Positions 10,303 through 18,555 of a stretch of DNA of 64,000 nt are shown here, piece by piece. The stretch's first letter is position 1; every line of letters begins with the position of its first letter. Location: positions 13,367 to 77,366 of the forward strand of contig JACRNW010000006.1 in the NCBI GenBank assembly GCA_016214745.1, in the 5' to 3' direction. Under the pieces are notes generated by a model. The model ran no database searches, was not told where the DNA came from, and saw only the letters and a program-made list of their open reading frames with translations. The translations under genes and the position numbers were made by a program. Source of the DNA: Candidatus Falkowbacteria bacterium (GTDB lineage Bacteria > Patescibacteriota > Patescibacteriia > XYB2-FULL-38-15).

Positions 10303-11019
10303 ATGACCTTTGGTCTGAATGTCAAAAAACGGGAAGTGACTGGTAAGGGAGTAAAGAATCTCCGTAAACAAAATTTGATTCCGGCCGTTATTTATGGAAA
10401 AGACGTGCCGTCCTTAAATTTGCTTGTGGAGTATCTTCCTTTCAGCAAACTTTACAAAGAAGCCGGAGAAAGCACGCTCATTGATTTAAAAGTTGATGAA
10501 GCGACGCCGGTCAAAGTTCTGGTTCAAGATGTACAACGAGATCCACTGACTGGGAAATTCGCCCACATTGATTTTCACCAAATCAAGATGACGGAAAAAC
10601 TTAAAGTGGACGCTTTGTTGAAATTTATCGGTGAAGCGCCGGCCGTGAAAGAACTCGGCGGTACTTTTGTTCACAGCATGGATAAAGTGGAAATTGAATG
10701 TTTGCCGCAAGATTTGGTTCATGAAATTGAAGTTGATATTTCCTCGCTCAAAACTTTTGAAGAGAGAATTCATGTCAAAGATTTAAAGGTATCTTCTGGC
10801 GTGAAAATTTTGGCTGATATGAACGCGACAATTGCCGCGGTTGAAGCGCCTTTAACCGAGGAAGAATTGAAGGCTGAACTTGAAACGCCGGTCGCGGAAA
10901 AAGTTGAAGAAGTTGAAGTTGTGGAAAAAGCCAAGAAAGAAGGAGAAGAAGAGGCCGCAGCCGCTCCGGAAGCAGCGGGCGAGAAGAAAGAAGAGAAAAA
11001 AGAAGAGAAGAAAAAGTAA
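10303..11019 (+). CDS. rplY: ribosomal protein L25/general stress protein Ctc with a long charged C-terminal tail
   Basis: L25 N-domain (GKGVKNLRKQNLIPAVIYGK) followed by a C-terminal E/K-rich extension. Confidence 0.75.
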   Translation: MTFGLNVKKREVTGKGVKNLRKQNLIPAVIYGKDVPSLNLLVEYLPFSKLYKEAGESTLIDLKVDEATPVKVLVQDVQRDPLTGKFAHIDFHQIKMTEKLKVDALLKFIGEAPAVKELGGTFVHSMDKVEIECLPQDLVHEIEVDISSLKTFEERIHVKDLKVSSGVKILADMNATIAAVEAPLTEEELKAELETPVAEKVEEVEVVEKAKKEGEEEAAAAPEAAGEKKEEKKEEKKK

Positions 11020-11036
11020 TAATAGAAATTATTATA

Positions 11037-12128
11037 ATGAAGGAATTATTCTCAAAAATAATTGCTTTTGTGAAGAAACAACCGCGCATTTGGCTGGTTG
11101 TTTCTTTGCTTTTAATTTCAGTTTTTGTGGTGGCCGGCGGAGGTTATTTGCTCCTTTCCAGAACTTCTTTTTTGGATTTTTTTTCCAGAAACAGTTCGGC
11201 GCAAGAAATTAGTAATGTGAATTCATCTTCGGAGAACGGATTTTACCGTTTGATTGACGGGGTGGCTGTTTCCGACGAGACAAAAATAAATCCGCCGCTC
11301 TTCGCCGTGCAGATTGAAAACATGGTTGACGCCAGGCCGCTTTCCGGAGTCTCCGGCGCCAGTTTGGTTTATGAAACTTTAGCCGAGGCCGGCATTACGA
11401 GATTGCTCGCGGTTTACGCGGCGGACGACGATGTGCCGGAAATCGGACCGGTCCGAAGCGCGAGACCATACTTTCTTGATTGGGCTGAAGAATATGGCGC
11501 GCTTTACGCCCACTCGGGCGGCAGTCCGGAGGCCTTGCGATTAATTCCGCAATACGACATTTTTGACCTGAATGAATTCGCAAACGGCAGATTTTTTTGG
11601 CGGTCAAAATCAAGATACATGCCGCACAATCTTTATACTTCAGTTGAACTTTTAAATGAAGCTTTCGCGGCGAAGAATGGCGAGGTAAAAATTTTCTCAT
11701 CTTGGCAGTTTAAAAATGAAGTTTTGGCGGAAGCGCGGCCGAGCGAAGAAAAACGGGCAAAAATTTATTTTTCCACAAAAACCTACGAAGTCGGCTGGCA
11801 ATATGACCGAGAGGCAAATGACTATTTGCGTTATCAGGCCGGCGTCATTCAGCAAGATAGAGACGGTTCCGAAGTTCGGGCAAAAAATATTATTGTTCAG
11901 CTTACTGACGTGATTGTTTTGGACGATGTCGGACGAAAAGATATTGAAACGCAGGGGAGCGGCGACGCGATTGTTTTTCAGGATGGCGTTAGAATCGACG
12001 GAACTTGGCGGAAAGAAACGCGGGGCGACCGGACGAAATTTTTTGATGCGACTGGCGCGGAAATAAAATTCAACCCGGGAGTGACCTGGGTTGAAGTAGT
12101 GCCGATAGATACTGAGGTCGAGTTTTAA
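11037..12128 (+). CDS. DUF3048-like secreted/membrane-anchored protein
   Basis: N-terminal TM, then RPLSGVSGASLVYETLAEAGITRLLAVYA, which resembles DUF3048 (YerB-like). Confidence 0.5.
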   Translation: MKELFSKIIAFVKKQPRIWLVVSLLLISVFVVAGGGYLLLSRTSFLDFFSRNSSAQEISNVNSSSENGFYRLIDGVAVSDETKINPPLFAVQIENMVDARPLSGVSGASLVYETLAEAGITRLLAVYAADDDVPEIGPVRSARPYFLDWAEEYGALYAHSGGSPEALRLIPQYDIFDLNEFANGRFFWRSKSRYMPHNLYTSVELLNEAFAAKNGEVKIFSSWQFKNEVLAEARPSEEKRAKIYFSTKTYEVGWQYDREANDYLRYQAGVIQQDRDGSEVRAKNIIVQLTDVIVLDDVGRKDIETQGSGDAIVFQDGVRIDGTWRKETRGDRTKFFDATGAEIKFNPGVTWVEVVPIDTEVEF

Positions 12129-12139
12129 TTTTAATTTCC

Positions 12140-12212
12140 GTAATTACCCAGTTACCCAATTACTTAATTACAATCTCGTAATTAAGTAACTAATAGTAAC
12201 TAAGTAATTAAA
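12140..12212. repeat. Palindromic element family P3 (taattaccc...gtaactaagtaattaa), copy 1
   Basis: gtaattacccagttacccaattacttaattacaatctcgtaattaagtaactaatagtaactaagtaattaa. Related copies at 36234-36335 and 54313-54358. Confidence 0.65.
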
Positions 12213-12221
12213 TTATTTTTT

Positions 12222-12290
12222 GGTCTCGATTTGTAATATAATAATTCGATCTCGGCCGGCGAGATCTTTTTTTACCCCCACACCAATGCA
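12222..12290 (+). terminator. Two consecutive hairpin terminators after the DUF3048-like gene
   Basis: gatctcggccggcgagatc + ttttttt, then the perfect hairpin acccccacaccaatgcattggtgtgggggt + ttatttc. Confidence 0.6.
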
Positions 12291-12337
12291 TTGGTGTGGG
12301 GGTTTATTTCTCTTTGACTTATGACAGAGGCGCAGTT

Positions 12338-13234
12338 TTATATTTTAAAAATAACAACTCTATTTCTTCCCGCCAGGTCTTGTTTAATCTTTATTTTCGC
12401 GGCGGGAAAACGGCGCTTGATTAGTTTTGTGATAGATTTTTTTTGCGATGGGTCAATTTCGAAGAAACATGAAATATGAAACTTAAAACTTGAAACTTGA
12501 AAATTTTTGATTTGTTTTAGGAGTTGGCGGTAGTAATTGAGGCCGTCAGAACCGCCGTCCAGAGCTTGCTTCGGTTCATATTTTTTAATTTCCGGTTGAG
12601 TATGTCGCCACTGCGTGGTAGTGAGGTATGGCAAATTGGCAACGATTATTAAGTTGGAGTAGCGCCCGTAAGGGCGCGCTTGTGACGCAGCCTCACGGCT
12701 GCTATTCCGCGATGGAATAGTCATCAATGGCTCAAGCAAATTGCCGTGTAGCAAAGTAACGGCGACTTTATGATGAAGAATATTTTTTCGCGCTACTTTT
12801 AACGCCGCCGCCGAAATTTCTGTGGCGAAGATTTTTGCTTTGGGAAGATGGTGGGCGAGTGTTATGGCGATGGCGCCGCTTCCGGTTCCGACATCAATGA
12901 TTGCAGTTGGATTTTTATCTATTGCGGCTTCAACTAATGTTTCCGTTTCGGGGCGGGGGATTAGAACATTTTTATCAACAAAAAAATCCAGGCCGTAAAA
13001 ATATTTGTGGTCCGTGAGGTAGGCGATTGGTTCATGCCGTACTCGCCGAGCAATAAGTTTTTTAAATTTAGCCAGTTGTCCCGCGGCCAATTTTTTTTTA
13101 GGATGCGCGTACAAAAATTCTTTTGGTTTTTTTGTAACAAAAGCTAAAAGAATCTCTGCATCCAAGGCAGGGGAGGAAATTTTATTTTTTTGTAAAATTT
13201 TTATTGCCTCAATGAGCGATTGCTTGATAGTCAT
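12338..13234 (-). CDS. prmC: release factor glutamine methyltransferase PrmC/HemK, carrying a roughly 20-aa in-frame GC-rich insert
   Basis: DVGTGSGAIAITLA (SAM motif I) and IVANLPYL (NPPY-type motif). I place the start at MTIKQSL because the upstream in-frame codons lie inside the terminator hairpin of the neighbouring islet gene. The insert is MTIPSRNSSREAASQARPYGRYS, encoded by hairpin-forming GC-rich DNA at 12655-12728. Confidence 0.75.
   Translation of the reverse strand: MTIKQSLIEAIKILQKNKISSPALDAEILLAFVTKKPKEFLYAHPKKKLAAGQLAKFKKLIARRVRHEPIAYLTDHKYFYGLDFFVDKNVLIPRPETETLVEAAIDKNPTAIIDVGTGSGAIAITLAHHLPKAKIFATEISAAALKVARKNILHHKVAVTLLHGNLLEPLMTIPSRNSSREAASQARPYGRYSNLIIVANLPYLTTTQWRHTQPEIKKYEPKQALDGGSDGLNYYRQLLKQIKNFQVSSFKFHISCFFEIDPSQKKSITKLIKRRFPAAKIKIKQDLAGRNRVVIFKI
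12655..12728. repeat. In-frame GC-rich palindromic mini-insert inside prmC
   Basis: Hairpins agcgccc-gtaa-gggcgcg and ctattcc-gcgat-ggaatag lie between the conserved HemK motifs, where homologs have about 7 residues. Confidence 0.55.
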
Positions 13235-13316
13235 AGCGTTATTATAACATAAAAAAAGGCCTGAGCACTTGCGCACTCAGGCACCTCCTTGGAATTCGTT
13301 CCGCGGTGGGCTACGT

Positions 13317-13853
13317 TCAGGTGGGCTTGCCGGCGGTGGGCTCGACGACCTCCAGCTCCTCCTCGACGACCTCGGCTTCCGGAGCGTCAGCTTCTTCCGT
13401 GGCGGCTTTCGTGGCCTCCGCTCGGCTCTCGGTGACACAAGCGTCGAGCTCACGGTAGGGGAAAGCGTTGACGAGGTTGCTCCACGTGACGGGGTGACCG
13501 TCGGAGTCTTCCGTGTGGAGGAACTCCTCGAAAGCCGTCACAGTTTCATCGTGAGGGATTCGCTTGAACAGCTCGTCGACGAACAACTTGAAGTCCTTGG
13601 TGGCCGCCTCGAAGAGAGTCAGATTGTCCTCCACGCTTCCATGCCAGCCGGCGTAGAAGGGTCCGACGATCTTCGCGAAGCCGTGCAGTCCGACGAGACG
13701 CTTCAGGCCGGCGACGAAGCTCGGCTTCAGGCCCTCGCCGGGGATGGCCAGGATCTTGGCCACGATGTCCTCGACCCTCAGGAACCCCGTCAGGTAAGCC
13801 TTCTCCAGGCCGTCCGCAAGAAATACCTTCGCCATTTCCCGTCTGTCTTCCAT
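13317..13853 (-). CDS. GC-rich islet protein A (hypothetical, acidic C-terminal tail)
   Basis: MEDRREMAKVF... of about 178 aa. It has its own promoter (TTGACA-17-TAATGT at about 13918-13946, minus strand), an SD (gaaggaaaacc) before the ATG, and a hairpin plus T-run terminator (13259-13285, minus). GC content is far above that of neighbouring genes. Confidence 0.5.
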   Translation of the reverse strand: MEDRREMAKVFLADGLEKAYLTGFLRVEDIVAKILAIPGEGLKPSFVAGLKRLVGLHGFAKIVGPFYAGWHGSVEDNLTLFEAATKDFKLFVDELFKRIPHDETVTAFEEFLHTEDSDGHPVTWSNLVNAFPYRELDACVTESRAEATKAATEEADAPEAEVVEEELEVVEPTAGKPT

Positions 13854-13917
13854 GGTTTTCCTTCGCTTGCCTTTGCCCGCGACACGCGGGGAATTTTGGC
13901 AAGACCTTTCTACCCGC

Positions 13918-13946
13918 ACATTAGTTTAAAAAATTTTGTTTGTCAA
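13918..13946 (-). promoter_or_regulatory. sigma70-type promoter of islet gene A
   Basis: Minus-strand read cTTGACAaacaaaattttttaaacTAATGT: 17-nt spacer, placed about 60 nt upstream of the ATG. Confidence 0.45.
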
Positions 13947-14122
13947 GATAAAAAAAGAGCCCGCGGACTGCCGGGAGGGGGTGGGAGGTCTAAGACCTTT
14001 CCACGCGGCAGTACGCGGGCTTCGCGCCGGGGCTCTCCTGTGGTTTCGGGAGGGGCGCGAATTTGGACGGAGAACGAGCGGGTTAGGAACTCGCAGCTCT
14101 CACGTTGTTCGGGGGTGGACTA

Positions 14123-14335
14123 CTACTGGTCGGTGCCGTGAAGGCGGTATTCGCGCGCCTTCCGCCTGGCTCCTTCGGCTTGGCGGCGTTCCTCCTCGTC
14201 GTCGGGGATGAACCCGTCGGCGCGGCGATGATTCGGCCGACGCCTCTCGATCACGAACGGCCCTCCGTCCGGAATGATGCGAGATCCGTCGCGCGAGAGA
14301 GGCGTGCCATCGTGCATGAAAACTCCCTTTGACAT
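14123..14335 (-). CDS. small basic GC-rich protein (about 70 aa)
   Basis: The SD GAGGAGG lies 6 nt upstream of ATG: MSKGVFMHDGTPLSRDGSRIIPDGGPFVIERRRPNHRRADGFIPDDEEERRQAEGARRKAREYRLHGTDQ. Confidence 0.3.
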   Translation of the reverse strand: MSKGVFMHDGTPLSRDGSRIIPDGGPFVIERRRPNHRRADGFIPDDEEERRQAEGARRKAREYRLHGTDQ

Positions 14336-14500
14336 CCCTGTCCTCCTCAACCTTCCCTACGATCTCTATTGACAACTCGTCCCGTCCATCGGGCCGAGAT
14401 GTAGGGCCACCTTCCTTGCGTTTTGACGCGTGTCAACGGCGCAAAGCCACCCTGTTTGTTGATTTCATAATATTACAAAAAGATTAATTTGTCAACCCCC

Positions 14501-14529
14501 TTGACAAATTTTTTAATTATGATAGAGTA
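14501..14529 (+). promoter_or_regulatory. sigma70-type promoter (TTGACA, 16-nt spacer, TGaTAGAGT extended -10) overlapped by the inverted repeat ttgtcaa-ccccc-ttgacaa
   Basis: Read directly from the sequence. No protein-coding ORF follows it. Confidence 0.4.
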
Positions 14530-14534
14530 TTACG

Positions 14535-14855
14535 GCAAGGGTAATGGGGAGTCCTGTTCGGCTGATGCCAGCAGCGCACTGGCGTCATGGGTAATCTTTT
14601 TTCATCCCAAATCTAGAGCCCCTGGTTGGCGAACAGCGCGTTGATGCGCGGCCGACCTTGAGGCAAAGGACCCACGGGGTGGTCAGCAGGAACCCGGTCC
14701 GCGAGCTGCCCGTGAAGCAGACGTGGACTGAAATCTCCCCCGCGTTTTCGATCCTCCAAATCCGCTTTTAGCGGGTAAGGAGGTCACCCTTCTTTGCACA
14801 CCGCTACGTTTCGCGTTGTGCCTGTCGGTCGAACACCTGTTCGGCCGACTCTTTT
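14535..14855 (+). ncRNA. Candidate structured GC-rich non-coding RNA of about 320 nt (identity unknown)
   Basis: A promoter at 14501-14529, no ORF longer than 10 codons, and a strong terminator at 14818-14855 (gtcggtcgaacacctgttcggccgac + tctttttt). About 60% GC in an AT-rich genome. I could not match tmRNA, RNase P or SRP signatures by eye. Confidence 0.3.
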
Positions 14856-14880
14856 TTATATCAAAATTTATATCAAAAAA

Positions 14881-15083
14881 CCGGCCTTGCGGCCAGTCAA
14901 TTTTCCCCTCTTAAGGTAAGAGGGGCTGGGCCTGCCCGCAACGCCAGCAACCTGCCCGCTAATGCAAGCATAGCGTTGCAGGCGGGGCTGGCTTGCGTGG
15001 CGGGCGGGGGCGTTATGAGCGGCGATTTTAAAATCCACGGTTCATAACGCCACCCAACCCCCCCTTATCTTAAGGGGAGGGGT
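14881..15083. repeat. GC-rich composite element G1, copy X (flanked by ccccttaagg-type mini-hairpins)
   Basis: The roughly 130-bp core (cccctcttaaggtaagaggggctgggcctgcccgcaacgccagcaacctgcccgctaatgcaagcatagcgttgcaggcggggctggcttgcgtggcgggcgggggcgttatga...) is nearly identical to the reverse complement of 33070-33200. The last hairpin encodes the prfA C-terminus and stop. Confidence 0.8.
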
Positions 15084-16122
15084 TCATTGTTTCTTTTTTC
15101 AACACTTCAATGATCGGGTCAAGTTCGCCATCCATCACGTTATTTATACTATGCCAACTTTCTTTAACGCGGTGATCGGAAACGCGGTCTTGAGGAAAAT
15201 TATAAGTTCTGATTTTTTCCGCGCGCATGGCCGAACCGATCTGCGAACGTCGCGCCGCGACTTCCGCCGCCTGGCGTTTTTCCTGCTCCATTACAAAAAG
15301 TCGGGCGCGCAAAACTTGCATGGCTTTTTCCCGATTTTGCTGCTGGGAACGTTCGTCTTGGCAGGCGACAACAAGGCCCGACGGAATATGAGTAATACGC
15401 ACGGCGGAATATGTCGTTTGCACGCTCTGCCCGCCATGGCCGCCGGATAAAAATGTATCAACGCGCAAATCTTTTGGTTCAATTTTAATATCAATTTCTT
15501 CAGCTTCAGGAAGGACGGCGACGGAAGCGGTTGAAGTATGAACCCGGCCGCTTTTTTCCGTTTCCGGAACGCGCTGAACGCGATGCACGCCGCTTTCAAA
15601 TTTTAAATTTCCCCAAGCACCTTTTCCGATAACAGAAAAAATAATTTCTTTAAAACCTCCAAGGTCAGTGCGGTTGGCCGAGATCAATCTTGTCTGCCAG
15701 CCCTTGCGCTCGGCAAAGCGCGAGTACATTCGGAAAAGTTCGGCGGCAAAAATTGCGGCTTCATCGCCGCCGGCGCCAGCCCGGATTTCCACAATAATAT
15801 TTCTTTTGTCCAACGGATCTTTCGGCGTCAGTTCTTCTTTGATTTCCGCTTCAAGCGCCGACTTTTCTTGCCTAATTTTTTCCAATTCTTCTTTGGCAAT
15901 GACAGCCAATTCGGGAATGTCTTGCGCAGCAACGGTTTCCGTGTCAGTTTCTTCCTTTTCCAGTTTATGAAATTTATTTATTTTTTCCATTACTTCTTTT
16001 AAGTCGCTGTATTCCCGCGAAACGGTTTTCAGTTTTTCCGGATTAGAAACCACCTCGGGGCGGGCGAGTTCGGCCTCGAGTTCGGCAAAACGTTTTTCAG
16101 CTTTAGCGATTTCAGGAATCAT
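15070..16122 (-). CDS. prfA: peptide chain release factor 1
   Basis: 350 aa with GGQ ([12 protein letters not shown]) and the RF1-type PxT-like tripeptide ([14 protein letters not shown]). Confidence 0.9.
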   Translation of the reverse strand: MIPEIAKAEKRFAELEAELARPEVVSNPEKLKTVSREYSDLKEVMEKINKFHKLEKEETDTETVAAQDIPELAVIAKEELEKIRQEKSALEAEIKEELTPKDPLDKRNIIVEIRAGAGGDEAAIFAAELFRMYSRFAERKGWQTRLISANRTDLGGFKEIIFSVIGKGAWGNLKFESGVHRVQRVPETEKSGRVHTSTASVAVLPEAEEIDIKIEPKDLRVDTFLSGGHGGQSVQTTYSAVRITHIPSGLVVACQDERSQQQNREKAMQVLRARLFVMEQEKRQAAEVAARRSQIGSAMRAEKIRTYNFPQDRVSDHRVKESWHSINNVMDGELDPIIEVLKKETMNPSP

Positions 16123-16221
16123 AAATTATTTAAACATCTAAACATTTAAACATTTTAACATAAATTCTAACATAAAAACATGATAACAAAAACGTTACCA
16201 TGTTTTATGCAAATTGAATAG

Positions 16222-16479
16222 CTACTTTGTTTTTTTGGCGCGCGGCTTCTTTTCTTTTTTCGTCGCGGAAATGGCCGCCTTCTTTTCCATTTTTTCTTTG
16301 AATTTTTCAACGCGTCTCGCCGAGTCAACAAGTTTCTGTTTGCCGGTATAGAACGGATGGCAGGCGGAACACAACTCAACCTTGATTTCTTTCATGGTTG
16401 ATCCAACAGTAAAAGCGTTGCCGCAGGCGCAGGTTACTTTTGCTTTTGGATAATATTCTGGGTGGAGGTCTTTTTTCAT
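16222..16479 (-). CDS. rpmE: 50S ribosomal protein L31 with a lysine-rich C-terminal extension
   Basis: [28 protein letters not shown]...[13 protein letters not shown]. Confidence 0.8.
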   Translation of the reverse strand: MKKDLHPEYYPKAKVTCACGNAFTVGSTMKEIKVELCSACHPFYTGKQKLVDSARRVEKFKEKMEKKAAISATKKEKKPRAKKTK

Positions 16480-16488
16480 AATTATTGA

Positions 16489-16923
16489 TTATTGTTTTTG
16501 ATTAATATCTTGTTCTTTTTGATTATGCAGGAATTTGGACCTTTGTGTCAAGGCGAAGATGGAAAGAAGGGCAATGTAGGTCGCCGTGAATTCGGAAGGC
16601 ATTTTGTATTTTCCCCCGGAGACGATAGCAGTAATGATAAAGAAAAAAATTAAAATTGTCCAGAGAATAACAAAAAATTCGCCTTTGCGTTTTGAAAAAT
16701 GAGAATCTTGCCAGCGGTCAAATTCTTTGGTCCCGGCGTAAAGGCCTAGGATAGAGATATAAATAATGGAAATTGCCGCGGCGTATCCGCTGAATTTATC
16801 GTTAGTGAAAAAATCAAACATGAAAAACCCCATGGACGCGAAAGTCCAGAGATTGGTCAATTGCCTCCAGATTTTGTCGTTTGATTTTTCCGTTTGTAGC
16901 GGGTCCATATTTTTGACGAACAA
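16489..16923 (-). CDS. hypothetical membrane protein (4 TM)
   Basis: 144-aa hydrophobic ORF. Confidence 0.4.
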   Translation of the reverse strand: MFVKNMDPLQTEKSNDKIWRQLTNLWTFASMGFFMFDFFTNDKFSGYAAAISIIYISILGLYAGTKEFDRWQDSHFSKRKGEFFVILWTILIFFFIITAIVSGGKYKMPSEFTATYIALLSIFALTQRSKFLHNQKEQDINQKQ

Positions 16924-17117
16924 TCGCGTCTTTAATTTAGCACAGATAGGTTAAAGAATCAAGAGGCCCCCTTGCATTATTTTTAAATTCGTGTAAAATA
17001 AGCATAAAGTCATTAATTAACAGTAATCCCACATGTTTTGCCTTTAAAACTTGCTCCTGATCCGGCGCTCGCCGGACCCGCAAGTTTTGGCGAAACAGAG
17101 GCAAAAAGGAAAAAATT

Positions 17118-17885
17118 ATGCCGGAAATCCCGACAATGTTGGAAATGCTCCAGGCCGGTGTTCACTTTGGACACAAGGCCTCAAAATGGCATCCAAAAAT
17201 GAAGCCGTACATTTTTGGAGAACGGAGCGATGTCCACATCATCAACTTAGAAGAAACGGCGAAAAAATTAAAAGAGGCGTTAGATTTTATTAAAAAAACA
17301 ACAGCCGCGGGCGGAGTTGTTCTTTTTGTTGGTTCAAAAGAACAGGCCAAAGAAATTGTGAAACGCTACGCCAAAGACGCCGGCGCGCCCTACGTTGTAA
17401 CCCGCTGGCTCGGCGGAACTTTTACGAATTTCAAAACCATCAAGAGCGTGACCGACCGGTTTACCGATTTAAAAAACAAAACGGCGACCGGCGGACTTGC
17501 CAAATATACTAAAAAAGAGCAACTGAATTTCCAAAAAGAAATTGTGAAATTGGAAGAATTGGTTGGCGGCATAGAAACTTTGAAGAAATTACCGGAAGCG
17601 ATTTTTGTCATTGACGTCAGGGCGGAAAAAACCGCTGTGGCCGAAGCGAGAAAGAAAAAAGTGCCGGTCGTGGCGCTCTGCGACACAAACATTAATCCGG
17701 ACGACGTTGATTATCCGATTCCTTCAAATGACGATGCGGTTAAAACAATTGAAATGATGGTTGGTCTTGCCGCCGCGGCCGTGAAAGAGGGGAAAGCGGA
17801 GTTTGAAACGAAAAAAGTTTCCGCTCCGGAAAAACCGGCGGCTCCGGCCGTGAAAGCAGAAGAAGTGAAGGAAGAGAAAAAATAA
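17118..17885 (+). CDS. rpsB: 30S ribosomal protein S2
   Basis: MPEIPTMLEMLQAGVHFGHKASKWHPKMKPYIFGERSDVHIINL. Confidence 0.9.
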   Translation: MPEIPTMLEMLQAGVHFGHKASKWHPKMKPYIFGERSDVHIINLEETAKKLKEALDFIKKTTAAGGVVLFVGSKEQAKEIVKRYAKDAGAPYVVTRWLGGTFTNFKTIKSVTDRFTDLKNKTATGGLAKYTKKEQLNFQKEIVKLEELVGGIETLKKLPEAIFVIDVRAEKTAVAEARKKKVPVVALCDTNINPDDVDYPIPSNDDAVKTIEMMVGLAAAAVKEGKAEFETKKVSAPEKPAAPAVKAEEVKEEKK

Positions 17886-17961
17886 TTTTTATAAAAACAT
17901 ATAAACATCTAAACATACAAACAATTGTTTAAATGTTTAAATGTTTGAATATTTAAATATT

Positions 17962-18552
17962 ATGATCGTAAATCCAAAACTTGTTTCCGAGCTCCGCAAT
18001 GAAACCGGCGCCGGCGTTGTTGAATGCAAAAACGCCCTGGACGAAGCGAACGGAGACATCGCAAAAGCGATTGAAATTTTGAGAAAAAAGGGTGAGATTA
18101 AAGCCGCGAAAAAATCGGCCGAACGGACAACCAAAGAAGGTTTGATTCATGCTTATGTCCACGCGAACGGCAAAGTCGGAGCGATGATTGAAATGAGTTG
18201 TGAAACTGATTTTGTGGCGCGGAATGAAGAATTTCAGGCTTTGATTCATGATGTCGCGATGCAAGTCGCGGCGACTAATCCGTTGTACGTAAAACCCGAA
18301 GACGTGCCGGAAGAAGTGGTTGCAAAAGAAAAACAGATGTATCTTGAAGAATTGCAGGGGCAGGAAAAACCGCCGATGGTAGTGGAAAAAATTCTCGCGG
18401 GAAAATTGGAAAAATATTTTGAAGATGTTTGTCTCTTAAACCAGCCGTTCGTTAAAGACGAGGATATTACAATTGGAGAATTAATAAATCAAAAAATCGC
18501 CAAGATCGGCGAGAAGATTGAAGTGAAGAAATTTGTTAGGTTTCAGATTTAA
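17962..18552 (+). CDS. tsf: elongation factor Ts
   Basis: EF-Ts N-terminal UBA-like region (ELRNETGAGVVECKNALDEANGDIAKAIEILRKKG) and core. I place the start at ATG 17962 rather than the track's 17941. Confidence 0.85.
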   Translation: MIVNPKLVSELRNETGAGVVECKNALDEANGDIAKAIEILRKKGEIKAAKKSAERTTKEGLIHAYVHANGKVGAMIEMSCETDFVARNEEFQALIHDVAMQVAATNPLYVKPEDVPEEVVAKEKQMYLEELQGQEKPPMVVEKILAGKLEKYFEDVCLLNQPFVKDEDITIGELINQKIAKIGEKIEVKKFVRFQI

Positions 18553-18555
18553 TTT

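Noticed and set aside
12470-12510. Low-complexity gaaac(a/t)tgaaa repeats inside the prmC C-terminal region as another inserted element
   Set aside because: The encoded segment is only a few residues longer than typical HemK C-termini and could be native. The evidence is weaker than for the 12655-12728 insert.
13269-14141. 290-aa plus-strand ORF rich in G/R/L repeats (RGGLRSGGLAGGGL...)
   Set aside because: This low-complexity translation is what the antisense strand of a GC-rich gene yields. The minus-strand gene A has a promoter, SD, sensible composition and a terminator. The 91-aa ORF at 13936-14211, 14105-14332 (+) and 14100-14375 (-) are rejected for the same reason.
14535-14855. Assigning the GC-rich transcript to tmRNA, RNase P RNA or SRP RNA
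   Set aside because: There is no tag-peptide ORF plus T-arm (GGTTCGAATCC-like) for tmRNA, no GGAAAGUCCGG / ACAGAACCCGG for RNase P, and no clean GGAAGCAGCC helix-8 motif for SRP. Identity is left open.
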